From: Escherichia coli
Lineage (GTDB): Bacteria > Pseudomonadota > Gammaproteobacteria > Enterobacterales > Enterobacteriaceae
DNA: 64,000 bases
Assembly: GCF_044324875.1 (NCBI RefSeq)
Contig: NZ_CP172185.1
Reading direction: 5' to 3' (one strand)
Every line of letters begins with the position of its first letter. Position 1 is the stretch's first letter. The notes below the pieces were generated by a model. That model saw only the letters and a list, made by a program, of their open reading frames with translations. It did no database searches and was not told the origin of the DNA. Below, one piece after another: positions 1 to 12,374 of the stretch. The translations under genes and the position numbers were made by a program.

Positions 1-558
1 CTGTGGGAACTGCCGTTCGGCACCACCGCTCGCGAGATCCTCGAAGATTACGCCGGTGGTATGCGTGACGGTCTGAAATTCAAAGCCTGGCAGCCAGGCG
101 GTGCGGGTACTGACTTCCTGACTGAAGCGCACCTTGACCTGCCGATGGAATTCGAAAGTATCGGTAAAGCGGGAAGCCGTCTGGGTACGGCGCTGGCGAT
201 GGCGGTTGACCATGAGATCAACATGGTGTCGCTGGTGCGTAACCTGGAAGAGTTTTTCGCCCGTGAGTCCTGTGGCTGGTGTACGCCGTGCCGCGACGGT
301 CTGCCGTGGAGCGTGAAAATTCTGCGCGCGCTGGAGCGTGGCGAAGGTCAGCCGGGCGATATCGAAACACTTGAGCAACTGTGTCGATTCTTAGGCCCGG
401 GTAAAACTTTCTGTGCCCACGCACCTGGTGCAGTGGAGCCGTTACAGAGCGCCATCAAATATTTCCGCGAAGAATTTGAGGCGGGAATCAAACAGCCGTT
501 CAGCAATACCCATTTGATTAATGGGATTCAGCCGAACCTGCTGAAAGAGCGCTGGTAA
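1..558 (+). CDS. nuoF: NADH:quinone oxidoreductase subunit F, C-terminal part (5' end lies outside the window)
   Basis: Open frame runs from the window edge to the stop at 556-558; translation has the 4Fe-4S cysteine motif ([10 protein letters not shown]) and sits directly upstream of nuoG. Confidence 0.9.
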   Translation: MWELPFGTTAREILEDYAGGMRDGLKFKAWQPGGAGTDFLTEAHLDLPMEFESIGKAGSRLGTALAMAVDHEINMVSLVRNLEEFFARESCGWCTPCRDGLPWSVKILRALERGEGQPGDIETLEQLCRFLGPGKTFCAHAPGAVEPLQSAIKYFREEFEAGIKQPFSNTHLINGIQPNLLKERW

Positions 559-610
559 CCGAATTTCGATTAACGCTCAGTCTCTGACTGAGAAAACTGG
601 AAGCATGCTA

Positions 611-3337
611 ATGGCTACAATTCATGTAGACGGCAAAGAATACGAGGTCAACGGAGCGGACAACCTGCTGGAAGCTTGTCTGTCTCTGGGCCTTGATATT
701 CCTTACTTTTGCTGGCATCCGGCGCTGGGAAGCGTCGGTGCTTGCCGCCAGTGTGCGGTGAAGCAATACCAAAACGCGGAAGACACGCGTGGTCGCCTGG
801 TGATGTCCTGTATGACACCGGCTTCCGATGGCACCTTTATTTCCATTGACGATGAAGAAGCGAAACAGTTCCGTGAAAGTGTGGTCGAGTGGTTAATGAC
901 CAACCACCCGCACGATTGTCCGGTATGTGAAGAAGGCGGTAACTGCCATCTTCAGGATATGACCGTGATGACCGGACACAGCTTCCGTCGCTACCGTTTC
1001 ACCAAACGTACCCACCGTAATCAGGATTTGGGGCCATTCATCTCTCACGAAATGAACCGCTGCATCGCCTGCTACCGCTGCGTGCGTTACTACAAAGATT
1101 ACGCTGACGGCACGGACCTGGGCGTTTACGGTGCACACGACAACGTCTACTTCGGTCGCCCGGAAGACGGCACGCTGGAAAGCGAATTTTCCGGTAACCT
1201 GGTCGAAATTTGCCCGACCGGCGTATTTACCGACAAAACGCACTCCGAGCGTTACAACCGTAAATGGGATATGCAGTTTGCGCCGAGCATCTGCCAGCAA
1301 TGTTCCATCGGCTGTAACATCAGCCCCGGCGAGCGTTATGGCGAACTGCGTCGAATCGAAAACCGTTACAACGGTACAGTAAACCACTACTTCCTCTGCG
1401 ACCGTGGTCGTTTCGGTTACGGTTACGTCAACCTGAAAGATCGTCCGCGTCAGCCAGTACAGCGTCGTGGCGATGATTTCATTACCCTCAATGCCGAACA
1501 GGCAATGCAGGGCGCAGCAGATATTCTGCGTCAGTCGAAGAAAGTGATCGGCATCGGTTCTCCGCGTGCCAGCGTGGAAAGCAACTTTGCGCTGCGTGAG
1601 CTGGTGGGCGAAGAAAACTTCTACACCGGTATCGCTCACGGTGAGCAGGAACGTCTGCAACTGGCGCTGAAAGTGCTGCGTGAAGGCGGCATTTATACGC
1701 CGGCACTGCGCGAAATCGAATCTTACGATGCGGTACTGGTGCTGGGCGAAGACGTTACCCAGACCGGTGCGCGCGTCGCGCTGGCAGTGCGTCAGGCGGT
1801 GAAAGGTAAAGCGCGCGAAATGGCGGCAGCACAGAAAGTGGCTGACTGGCAGATTGCGGCAATCCTCAACATCGGTCAACGTGCGAAGCATCCGCTGTTT
1901 GTTACCAACGTTGATGATACCCGTCTGGATGATATCGCGGCGTGGACTTACCGCGCACCGGTTGAAGATCAGGCGCGTTTAGGTTTTGCCATCGCCCATG
2001 CGCTGGATAACTCCGCGCCAGCGGTTGACGGAATCGAACCTGAGCTGCAAAGCAAAATCGACGTCATCGTGCAGGCTCTGGCGGGTGCGAAGAAACCGTT
2101 GATTATCTCCGGGACGAACGCTGGTAGCGCTGAAGTGATTCAGGCTGCGGCTAACGTGGCGAAAGCCCTGAAAGGTCGCGGCGCTGACGTCGGTATCACC
2201 ATGATTGCTCGCTCTGTAAACAGTATGGGGCTGGGCATTATGGGCGGTGGATCACTTGAAGAAGCGTTAACCGAACTGGAAACCGGACGCGCCGACGCGG
2301 TGGTGGTGCTGGAAAACGATCTGCATCGTCACGCTTCCGCTACCCGCGTGAATGCTGCGCTGGCGAAAGCGCCGCTGGTGATGGTGGTTGACCATCAACG
2401 CACGGCGATTATGGAAAACGCCCATCTGGTGCTTTCTGCTGCCAGCTTTGCTGAAAGCGACGGTACGGTGATCAACAACGAAGGCCGCGCCCAACGTTTC
2501 TTCCAGGTTTACGATCCGGCCTATTACGACAGCAAAACTGTCATGCTGGAAAGCTGGCGCTGGTTACACTCGCTGCACAGCACCCTGCTGAGCCGTGAAG
2601 TGGACTGGACGCAGCTCGACCATGTGATTGACGCTGTTGTGGCGAAAATCCCGGAGCTGGCAGGTATCAAAGATGCTGCGCCGGATGCGACATTCCGTAT
2701 CCGTGGACAGAAACTGGCCCGTGAACCACACCGTTACAGCGGTCGTACCGCCATGCGCGCCAACATCAGCGTTCATGAGCCGCGTCAGCCGCAGGATATT
2801 GACACCATGTTCACCTTCTCGATGGAAGGTAACAACCAGCCGACCGCGCACCGTTCGCAAGTGCCGTTTGCCTGGGCACCGGGCTGGAACTCCCCGCAGG
2901 CGTGGAACAAATTCCAGGACGAAGTGGGCGGCAAACTGCGCTTTGGCGATCCGGGCGTGCGTCTGTTTGAAACCAGCGAAAACGGTCTGGATTACTTCAC
3001 CAGCGTACCGGCACGCTTCCAGCCGCAGGACGGGAAATGGCGTATCGCGCCGTATTACCACCTGTTTGGCAGCGATGAATTGTCACAGCGTGCTCCGGTC
3101 TTCCAGAGCCGTATGCCGCAGCCGTACATCAAACTCAACCCAGCGGATGCCGCGAAGTTGGGTGTGAACGCGGGTACACGCGTCTCCTTTAGTTACGATG
3201 GCAACACGGTCACGCTGCCGGTTGAAATCGCCGAAGGGCTGACGGCAGGGCAGGTGGGCTTGCCGATGGGTATGTCCGGCATTGCTCCGGTGCTGGCGGG
3301 CGCGCATCTTGAGGATCTCAAGGAGGCACAACAATGA
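611..3337 (+). CDS. nuoG: NADH:quinone oxidoreductase subunit G
   Basis: Long ORF whose N-terminus has 2Fe-2S/4Fe-4S cysteine clusters typical of NuoG. Start taken at the second ATG (MATIHV..., 908 aa); the ORF track starts 6 nt earlier at 605. Confidence 0.93.
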
Positions 3338-4311
3338 GTTGGATATCACCGGAACTGATTGAGATCCTGCTGACCATCCTCAAAGCGGTGGTGATCCTGC
3401 TGGTGGTTGTCACCTGTGGGGCATTCATGAGCTTTGGCGAACGTCGCCTGCTGGGTCTGTTCCAGAACCGTTACGGACCTAACCGTGTTGGCTGGGGCGG
3501 TTCGCTCCAGCTGGTCGCGGACATGATCAAGATGTTCTTTAAAGAAGACTGGATCCCGAAATTCTCGGATCGCGTCATCTTTACCCTGGCACCGATGATT
3601 GCCTTTACCTCGCTGCTGCTGGCCTTTGCGATTGTGCCAGTCAGCCCAGGTTGGGTGGTTGCCGACCTGAACATCGGGATTTTGTTCTTCCTGATGATGG
3701 CCGGTCTGGCGGTCTACGCGGTGCTGTTTGCGGGCTGGTCAAGTAACAACAAATACTCGCTGCTGGGTGCGATGCGTGCTTCTGCGCAGACTCTGAGCTA
3801 CGAAGTGTTCCTCGGGCTTTCCCTGATGGGCGTGGTGGCGCAGGCCGGTTCATTCAACATGACCGACATCGTTAACAGCCAGGCGCATGTGTGGAACGTC
3901 ATCCCGCAATTCTTTGGTTTTATTACCTTTGCCATCGCGGGCGTGGCGGTGTGTCACCGTCACCCGTTTGACCAGCCGGAAGCCGAGCAGGAACTGGCGG
4001 ATGGTTACCACATTGAATATTCCGGTATGAAGTTCGGTCTGTTCTTCGTGGGTGAGTACATCGGGATTGTGACCATCTCCGCATTGATGGTGACGCTGTT
4101 CTTCGGTGGCTGGCAAGGCCCGTTGTTACCGCCATTCATCTGGTTCGCGCTGAAAACCGCGTTCTTTATGATGATGTTCATTTTGATTCGTGCGTCGTTA
4201 CCGCGTCCGCGTTATGACCAGGTAATGTCCTTCGGCTGGAAAATCTGCCTGCCGCTGACGCTGATCAACTTGCTGGTAACGGCGGCTGTCATTCTCTGGC
4301 AGGCGCAATAA
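3334..4311 (+). CDS. nuoH: NADH:quinone oxidoreductase subunit H (membrane)
   Basis: 325-aa polytopic membrane protein; start overlaps the nuoG stop (ATGA); operon position. Confidence 0.93.
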
Positions 4312-4325
4312 GGGGCAATAAGACC

Positions 4326-4868
4326 ATGACCTTAAAAGAATTGTTAGTAGGTTTCGGCACCCAGGTTCGTAGTATCTGGATGATCGGCCTGCACGCGTTC
4401 GCCAAACGCGAAACGCGAATGTACCCGGAAGAGCCGGTCTATCTGCCGCCCCGTTATCGTGGTCGTATCGTTCTGACCCGCGATCCGGACGGCGAAGAGC
4501 GTTGCGTAGCCTGTAACCTCTGTGCGGTAGCCTGCCCGGTCGGCTGTATCTCGCTGCAAAAAGCAGAAACCAAAGACGGTCGCTGGTATCCGGAATTTTT
4601 CCGCATCAACTTCTCACGCTGCATTTTCTGTGGCCTGTGCGAAGAAGCCTGTCCGACCACGGCGATTCAGTTAACCCCGGATTTCGAAATGGGGGAATAC
4701 AAGCGCCAGGATCTGGTTTACGAGAAAGAGGATCTGCTGATCTCCGGTCCGGGCAAATACCCGGAATATAACTTCTACCGGATGGCAGGTATGGCAATCG
4801 ACGGCAAAGATAAGGGCGAAGCAGAGAACGAAGCCAAGCCTATCGACGTCAAGAGCCTGTTACCGTAA
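4326..4868 (+). CDS. nuoI: NADH:quinone oxidoreductase subunit I (2x[4Fe-4S] ferredoxin-like)
   Basis: 180 aa with two CxxCxxCxxxCP motifs ([24 protein letters not shown]). Confidence 0.95.
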
Positions 4869-4879
4869 GGAGAGGGGCA

Positions 4880-5434
4880 ATGGAGTTCGCTTTTTATATC
4901 TGTGGCCTGATAGCCATACTTGCGACCTTGCGAGTGATCACCCATACCAATCCGGTACACGCACTGCTGTACCTGATTATTTCGCTGCTGGCGATCTCTG
5001 GGGTGTTCTTCTCACTGGGCGCTTACTTCGCCGGTGCGCTGGAAATTATCGTCTACGCGGGTGCCATTATGGTGCTGTTCGTGTTCGTGGTGATGATGCT
5101 CAACCTGGGCGGTTCAGAAATTGAACAGGAACGCCAGTGGCTGAAACCGCAGGTGTGGATTGGTCCGGCGATTTTGTCGGCCATCATGCTGGTGGTGATT
5201 GTTTACGCCATTCTCGGTGTTAACGATCAAGGTATCGACGGTACGCCAATCAGTGCTAAAGCAGTGGGTATTACGCTGTTCGGGCCTTACGTACTGGCGG
5301 TGGAACTGGCTTCTATGCTGCTGCTCGCGGGTCTGGTTGTGGCCTTCCACGTCGGTCGTGAAGAGCGTGCGGGTGAAGTGCTGAGCAATCGTAAAGACGA
5401 CAGCGCGAAAAGAAAAACGGAGGAGCACGCATGA
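4880..5434 (+). CDS. nuoJ: NADH:quinone oxidoreductase subunit J
   Basis: 184-aa hydrophobic protein in operon position. Confidence 0.92.
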
Positions 5435-5733
5435 TCCCCTTACAACATGGACTGATCCTCGCGGCAATCTTATTCGTTCTTGGCTTAACCGGTCTGGTTA
5501 TCCGTCGCAATCTGCTGTTTATGCTGATTGGTCTGGAAATCATGATTAACGCCTCCGCGCTGGCCTTTGTGGTCGCCGGAAGCTACTGGGGCCAGACCGA
5601 CGGTCAGGTGATGTACATTCTCGCCATCAGCCTCGCGGCGGCAGAAGCGAGTATCGGCCTAGCGCTGCTGCTGCAACTTCACCGTCGTCGCCAGAACCTG
5701 AACATTGATTCAGTAAGTGAGATGCGCGGATGA
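5431..5733 (+). CDS. nuoK: NADH:quinone oxidoreductase subunit K
   Basis: 100-aa three-helix membrane protein; start overlaps the nuoJ stop. Confidence 0.92.
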
Positions 5734-7571
5734 ACATGCTTGCCTTAACCATTATTTTGCCATTGATTGGCTTCGTCCTGCTGGCGTTCTCCCGTGGGCG
5801 CTGGTCTGAAAACGTCTCGGCGATCGTCGGCGTTGGCTCTGTGGGCCTGGCGGCGCTGGTAACTGCCTTTATCGGCGTTGACTTCTTCGCTAACGGTGAG
5901 CAGGCATACAGCCAGCCGCTGTGGACGTGGATGTCGGTAGGCGACTTTAACATCGGTTTTAACCTGGTGCTGGACGGCCTGTCGCTGACCATGCTCTCGG
6001 TGGTCACTGGTGTGGGTTTCCTTATTCACATGTACGCCTCCTGGTATATGCGCGGTGAAGAGGGCTACTCTCGCTTCTTCGCTTACACCAACCTGTTCAT
6101 CGCCAGCATGGTAGTTCTGGTGCTTGCCGACAACCTGCTGCTGATGTACCTCGGCTGGGAAGGCGTGGGCCTGTGCTCCTATCTGCTGATCGGTTTCTAT
6201 TACACCGATCCGAAGAATGGTGCAGCGGCAATGAAAGCGTTCGTCGTGACCCGTGTGGGTGACGTGTTCCTCGCTTTCGCGCTGTTCATTCTTTACAACG
6301 AACTGGGCACCCTGAACTTCCGCGAAATGGTGGAACTGGCACCAGCGCACTTTGCTGACGGCAATAACATGCTGATGTGGGCGACGCTGATGCTGCTGGG
6401 CGGTGCGGTCGGTAAATCTGCGCAGTTGCCGTTGCAGACATGGCTTGCCGACGCGATGGCAGGCCCGACGCCTGTCTCCGCGCTGATCCACGCCGCAACG
6501 ATGGTAACCGCGGGTGTCTACCTGATCGCCCGTACCCACGGCCTGTTCCTGATGACGCCGGAAGTTCTGCATCTGGTGGGCATTGTTGGGGCGGTTACGT
6601 TGCTGCTGGCCGGTTTTGCCGCGCTGGTACAGACCGACATCAAACGTGTTCTCGCTTACTCTACCATGAGCCAGATTGGCTACATGTTCCTCGCGCTTGG
6701 CGTACAGGCATGGGATGCGGCGATTTTCCACTTGATGACTCACGCGTTCTTTAAAGCGCTGCTGTTCCTGGCATCCGGTTCCGTCATTCTGGCCTGCCAT
6801 CACGAACAGAACATCTTCAAGATGGGCGGTCTGCGTAAATCTATTCCGCTGGTTTATCTCTGCTTCCTGGTGGGCGGTGCAGCACTGTCGGCACTGCCGC
6901 TGGTCACTGCGGGCTTCTTCAGTAAGGATGAGATCCTCGCGGGGGCGATGGCGAATGGTCATATCAATCTGATGGTGGCTGGTCTGGTCGGTGCGTTTAT
7001 GACCTCGCTCTACACCTTCCGTATGATTTTCATCGTCTTCCACGGAAAAGAACAAATTCACGCTCACGCCGTGAAAGGGATCACTCACAGCCTGCCGCTG
7101 ATTGTGCTGCTGATCCTTTCCACCTTCGTTGGCGCACTGATTGTACCGCCGCTGCAGGGCGTGCTTCCGCAAACGACGGAACTGGCGCACGGCAGCATGT
7201 TGACCCTGGAAATTACCTCTGGCGTGGTCGCGGTGGTCGGCATTCTGCTGGCAGCCTGGCTGTGGCTGGGTAAACGTACTCTGGTGACCTCCATCGCCAA
7301 CAGTGCGCCGGGCCGTCTGCTGGGCACCTGGTGGTACAACGCCTGGGGCTTTGACTGGCTGTACGACAAAGTGTTCGTCAAGCCGTTCCTGGGTATTGCC
7401 TGGTTGCTGAAACGCGATCCGCTGAACTCAATGATGAACATCCCGGCTGTCCTTTCCCGCTTTGCAGGTAAAGGTCTGCTGTTAAGCGAGAACGGTTATC
7501 TGCGCTGGTATGTGGCATCCATGAGCATCGGTGCGGTCGTGGTGCTGGCACTGTTGATGGTACTGCGTTGA
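5730..7571 (+). CDS. nuoL: NADH:quinone oxidoreductase subunit L (antiporter-like)
   Basis: 613-aa polytopic membrane protein; start overlaps the nuoK stop. Confidence 0.93.
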
Positions 7572-7577
7572 GTTAAG

Positions 7578-7665
7578 GATTGTGGGCTTGCCCCTGGGCA
7601 TATAAGAACGTAGGTCGGATAAGCCGCCTTCGCGGCGCATCCGACACTACAACCACAATCCGAAG
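7578..7665. repeat. REP/BIME-like nested palindrome in the nuoL-nuoM spacer
   Basis: Inner inverted repeat gtcggata...tatccgac/catccgac around a GC-rich loop (gccgccttcgcggcg), flanked by outer inverted repeat ggattgtgg...ccacaatcc. Confidence 0.55.
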
Positions 7666-7736
7666 AGAATTTTCTGTCGTGAGAATTCGTTGAAAATCCG
7701 GTCCTGACGGGACTTTTACAAGGAATAAAGATCGCC

Positions 7737-9266
7737 ATGTTACTACCCTGGCTAATATTAATTCCCTTTATCGGCGGCTTCCTGTGCTGGCAGACCGAAC
7801 GCTTTGGCGTCAAGGTGCCGCGCTGGATCGCGCTGATCACCATGGGATTGACGCTGGCGCTGTCGCTGCAACTGTGGTTGCAGGGCGGTTATTCACTGAC
7901 GCAATCCGCCGGAATTCCGCAGTGGCAGTCTGAATTCGACATGCCGTGGATCCCGCGTTTTGGTATCTCTATCCATCTCGCCATTGACGGGCTATCGCTG
8001 CTGATGGTCGTGCTGACTGGTCTGCTCGGTGTGCTGGCGGTACTCTGTTCGTGGAAAGAGATCGAAAAATATCAGGGCTTCTTCCACCTCAACCTGATGT
8101 GGATCCTGGGCGGCGTTATCGGCGTGTTCCTTGCCATCGACATGTTCCTGTTCTTCTTCTTCTGGGAAATGATGCTGGTGCCGATGTACTTCCTGATCGC
8201 ACTGTGGGGGCATAAAGCCTCTGACGGTAAAACGCGTATCACGGCGGCAACCAAGTTCTTCATTTACACCCAGGCGAGCGGTCTGGTGATGTTGATCGCC
8301 ATCCTGGCGCTGGTTTTTGTTCACTACAATGCGACCGGCGTCTGGACCTTCAACTATGAAGAGCTGTTGAATACGCCAATGTCCAGTGGTGTGGAATATC
8401 TGTTGATGCTGGGCTTCTTCATCGCATTTGCGGTGAAAATGCCGGTGGTTCCGCTGCATGGCTGGCTGCCGGATGCGCACTCACAGGCTCCAACCGCCGG
8501 TTCCGTGGACCTCGCGGGGATCTTGCTGAAAACCGCCGCTTACGGTCTGCTGCGTTTCTCCCTACCGCTGTTCCCGAACGCGTCGGCAGAGTTCGCGCCA
8601 ATCGCCATGTGGCTGGGTGTTATCGGCATCTTCTACGGTGCGTGGATGGCCTTCGCCCAGACCGATATCAAACGTCTGATCGCCTACACCTCGGTTTCCC
8701 ACATGGGCTTCGTGCTGATTGCTATCTACACTGGCAGCCAGTTGGCCTACCAGGGCGCGGTAATCCAGATGATTGCGCACGGCTTGTCAGCGGCGGGTCT
8801 GTTTATTCTCTGCGGTCAGCTTTATGAACGTATCCATACCCGCGACATGCGCATGATGGGCGGTCTGTGGAGCAAGATGAAATGGCTGCCAGCACTGTCG
8901 CTGTTCTTTGCGGTGGCAACGCTTGGGATGCCTGGCACCGGTAACTTCGTCGGCGAATTTATGATTCTGTTCGGCAGCTTCCAGGTTGTCCCGGTGATTA
9001 CCGTTATCTCTACCTTTGGGCTGGTCTTTGCCTCTGTTTATTCGCTGGCGATGTTACATCGCGCTTACTTCGGTAAAGCGAAAAGCCAGATTGCCAGCCA
9101 GGAACTGCCAGGGATGTCGCTGCGTGAGCTGTTTATGATCCTGTTGCTGGTGGTGCTGCTGGTACTGCTGGGCTTCTATCCGCAGCCGATTCTGGATACC
9201 TCGCACTCCGCGATTGGAAATATCCAGCAGTGGTTTGTTAATTCCGTTACTACTACAAGGCCGTAA
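7737..9266 (+). CDS. nuoM: NADH:quinone oxidoreductase subunit M (antiporter-like)
   Basis: 509-aa polytopic membrane protein in operon position. Confidence 0.93.
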   Translation: MLLPWLILIPFIGGFLCWQTERFGVKVPRWIALITMGLTLALSLQLWLQGGYSLTQSAGIPQWQSEFDMPWIPRFGISIHLAIDGLSLLMVVLTGLLGVLAVLCSWKEIEKYQGFFHLNLMWILGGVIGVFLAIDMFLFFFFWEMMLVPMYFLIALWGHKASDGKTRITAATKFFIYTQASGLVMLIAILALVFVHYNATGVWTFNYEELLNTPMSSGVEYLLMLGFFIAFAVKMPVVPLHGWLPDAHSQAPTAGSVDLAGILLKTAAYGLLRFSLPLFPNASAEFAPIAMWLGVIGIFYGAWMAFAQTDIKRLIAYTSVSHMGFVLIAIYTGSQLAYQGAVIQMIAHGLSAAGLFILCGQLYERIHTRDMRMMGGLWSKMKWLPALSLFFAVATLGMPGTGNFVGEFMILFGSFQVVPVITVISTFGLVFASVYSLAMLHRAYFGKAKSQIASQELPGMSLRELFMILLLVVLLVLLGFYPQPILDTSHSAIGNIQQWFVNSVTTTRP

Positions 9267-9272
9267 ATCGCC

Positions 9273-10730
9273 ATGACAATAACTCCACAAAACCTGATCG
9301 CACTGCTACCGTTGCTGATCGTCGGCTTGACGGTGGTGGTTGTGATGCTCTCCATTGCGTGGCGACGCAATCATTTCCTCAACGCTACGCTCTCGGTTAT
9401 TGGGCTTAACGCGGCGCTGGTTTCGCTCTGGTTTGTCGGCCAGGCGGGCGCTATGGACGTTACGCCACTGATGCGCGTTGATGGTTTCGCCATGCTTTAC
9501 ACCGGGCTGGTATTGTTGGCGAGCCTCGCCACCTGTACTTTCGCCTACCCGTGGCTTGAAGGCTATAACGACAACAAGGACGAGTTCTACCTGTTGGTGT
9601 TAATTGCCGCGCTGGGCGGGATCCTGCTGGCGAATGCCAACCATCTGGCGTCTTTGTTCCTCGGTATTGAACTGATCTCTTTGCCGCTGTTTGGCCTGGT
9701 CGGTTACGCTTTCCGCCAGAAACGTTCGCTGGAAGCCAGTATCAAATACACCATTCTCTCTGCCGCAGCGTCTTCTTTCCTGCTGTTCGGTATGGCGCTG
9801 GTGTATGCGCAGTCTGGCGACCTGTCGTTTGTCGCGCTGGGTAAAAACCTCGGCGACGGTATGCTCAACGAGCCGCTGTTGCTGGCAGGTTTCGGCCTGA
9901 TGATTGTTGGCCTCGGCTTCAAACTCTCTCTGGTGCCGTTCCACCTGTGGACGCCAGACGTATACCAGGGCGCGCCTGCGCCGGTTTCCACTTTCCTGGC
10001 GACGGCGAGCAAAATCGCTATCTTCGGTGTGGTGATGCGTCTGTTCCTCTACGCACCGGTGGGTGACAGCGAAGCGATTCGGGTGGTGCTGGCGATTATC
10101 GCCTTTGCCTCCATCATCTTCGGTAACCTGATGGCGCTGAGCCAGACCAATATCAAACGTTTGCTCGGTTACTCATCTATCTCTCACCTCGGCTATCTGC
10201 TGGTGGCGCTGATTGCGCTGCAAACCGGCGAGATGTCGATGGAAGCGGTAGGGGTTTACCTGGCCGGTTATCTGTTCAGCAGCCTCGGCGCGTTCGGCGT
10301 GGTCAGCCTGATGTCCAGCCCGTATCGTGGCCCGGATGCTGATTCCCTGTTCTCTTACCGCGGTCTGTTCTGGCATCGCCCGATCCTCGCGGCGGTGATG
10401 ACGGTGATGATGCTGTCTCTGGCCGGTATTCCGATGACGCTGGGCTTTATTGGTAAGTTCTACGTGCTGGCGGTCGGTGTCCAGGCACACTTGTGGTGGC
10501 TGGTGGGTGCCGTGGTTGTCGGTTCGGCAATCGGCCTCTACTACTACCTGCGCGTGGCGGTGAGCTTGTATCTTCACGCCCCGGAACAACCGGGTCGCGA
10601 TGCACCTTCAAACTGGCAGTACAGCGCGGGCGGTATCGTGGTGCTGATCTCTGCACTGTTGGTACTGGTGCTGGGTGTATGGCCACAACCGCTGATTAGC
10701 ATTGTGCGGTTAGCAATGCCGCTGATGTAA
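9273..10730 (+). CDS. nuoN: NADH:quinone oxidoreductase subunit N (antiporter-like)
   Basis: 485-aa polytopic membrane protein, last gene of the operon. Confidence 0.93.
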
Positions 10731-10751
10731 GCAGTCAGTTCGTAAGTCAGA

Positions 10752-10782
10752 AAGCCGCCGACATGTTCGGCGGTTTTTTTTG
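10752..10782 (+). terminator. Rho-independent terminator of the nuo operon
   Basis: GC-rich hairpin agccgccgaacatgttcggcgg-type stem (gccgccgacatgttcggcgg) followed by T8, immediately after the nuoN stop. Confidence 0.75.
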
Positions 10783-10796
10783 GTGCCCTGACCCCA

Positions 10797-11300
10797 TCAC
10801 CCAACAATAACCGTCAGCGCATGATTCCCTTGTCGCAGCATACGTCGATATGCACTAATCAGCTTTTCCATATCAAGCATGATCGAAGCAAAGAGCTGCC
10901 CCTCTAACTCTTCTGAAAAGGTCACACCAGGGTAAATCTCCATTTCATTGAGTCGTTTAATGGAAAACTGTTTACGCAGCTCACTTCGATCCAGTGATTC
11001 CAGGCGATCGATTGTCGCGGCTAACTCCTGATTCCAGGTCAATCCCAGGAAGCCATCTATGCCATCTTCGAGGCTGTGTTCACCAAGCACGGCACGACTC
11101 AGCGGATCATTCTTCGCGGGATCAAAAGCAGAGGTGCCTGTCAGCCCAAAGTGTAAAAAATCCCAGCGTTTATCAATATCCAGTCGGCGTAATCCTGAAA
11201 GCGTGTCATGAATATTGTCCATTAAGGGTTTTTCAGTAGACTCAAGCAGTTGGTTAATCTTTTCTGAGTCAATTTCTGCAAAATAGCCAATCATTCCCAT
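10797..11300 (-). CDS. yfbM: DUF1877-family protein YfbM
   Basis: 167-aa ORF; translation recognised as YfbM. Confidence 0.8.
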   Translation of the reverse strand: MGMIGYFAEIDSEKINQLLESTEKPLMDNIHDTLSGLRRLDIDKRWDFLHFGLTGTSAFDPAKNDPLSRAVLGEHSLEDGIDGFLGLTWNQELAATIDRLESLDRSELRKQFSIKRLNEMEIYPGVTFSEELEGQLFASIMLDMEKLISAYRRMLRQGNHALTVIVG

Positions 11301-11402
11301 TTTATTTTCCTCCGTTGAATTTCATGTTTTGCATCTTAAAACAGACGAGGGAAAATAAAATGTACATGTCGCTTTTTCTGGACTCGCCTCGAGAAATTTT
11401 TA

Positions 11403-12374
11403 TTATTTACTGTTGTATAACAAAGTTATAACCCCATCCACTACCTGAGCCATTTTCTGATAATTCAATCTGTCTGCGGTATCACCGGGCAAGTGGTATT
11501 GTTTATTACGATAAAAAGCGGTGTCAGTAATCATTACTGCGGGAATATCGTGTTGCCAATAATTCAGGTGGTCAGAGAAATCAATACCGGGAATAAACCC
11601 TGGGGCATTCATAGAATAAACAGATAAATCCCGGGATGACAACAATGCCGCTTTTAGCTGACGAACGGCGTTGATATCCTGCATTCTGCCGACCACGGCA
11701 ATAAAGTCTCCCCGATCGGGATAAAGCCAGGACATTGCCGGGTAAGGGTAATCCTGACTACCAGGCGCAGAGTCGTAATAGCCAATCATCTCCAGCGCTA
11801 TCATTAATCTCACTGGACGCTCAAGCGAAGCTGCATGTACCGCGCTCCCCATTTCATCGCTACGAAAGAAGGGCGGTTCTTCCGACGCATAGGCGACCAG
11901 CTGCACGCCAGTTTTCGGTGCTTGCTGCTGTAACAAACGTGCCAGTTCGAGTAATCCTGCCACGCCGCTGGCGTTATCATCCGCGCCCGGCGTATAGGTC
12001 AATTGATCATTTTCATAACTACTGACAGAGTCATAGTGCGCACCAATAATAATCAGCGGTCCATCGGCAGGACCATAATCAGCAACAATGTTTTTGTAGG
12101 GGCCACCCGCAATGGGGACGTCCTGCGAGGTAACTCTGGCACCGCTACTGACAAAGACCTCTTTTATATACTCTGCGGACCTATTCAGATTATCAATATT
12201 GTCGGCACTACGTGGATGTACAGTTTGTGTAAGATAACGAACTGTTTTTTCTAATTGCTCAGGACTTGCGTGTCGGGGCGTTGGCGGTAATGCATTGACC
12301 CAAGGTTGGTAAAAAATAATAAAAGGAAGCGATAGTAGTAATGATATAAAATAAAGAGGTGTCATTTTTTTCAT
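11403..12374 (-). CDS. yfbL: M28-family aminopeptidase-like protein with N-terminal signal peptide
   Basis: 323 aa; hydrophobic N-terminus (MKKMTPLYFISLLLSLPFIIF) and a peptidase M28-like core (GAHYDS..., ASEEPPFF). Confidence 0.8.
   Translation of the reverse strand: MKKMTPLYFISLLLSLPFIIFYQPWVNALPPTPRHASPEQLEKTVRYLTQTVHPRSADNIDNLNRSAEYIKEVFVSSGARVTSQDVPIAGGPYKNIVADYGPADGPLIIIGAHYDSVSSYENDQLTYTPGADDNASGVAGLLELARLLQQQAPKTGVQLVAYASEEPPFFRSDEMGSAVHAASLERPVRLMIALEMIGYYDSAPGSQDYPYPAMSWLYPDRGDFIAVVGRMQDINAVRQLKAALLSSRDLSVYSMNAPGFIPGIDFSDHLNYWQHDIPAVMITDTAFYRNKQYHLPGDTADRLNYQKMAQVVDGVITLLYNSK

Noticed and set aside
893-1891. 332-aa minus-strand ORF inside nuoG
   Set aside because: Lies entirely antisense to a well-supported conserved gene; its translation is Arg/Cys/His-rich and low-complexity, as expected for a chance open frame in G+C-rich coding DNA.
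5745-7190. 481-aa minus-strand ORF antisense to nuoL
   Set aside because: Same reasoning: an antisense frame in a G+C-rich membrane-protein gene with a highly biased Arg/Gln/His composition.
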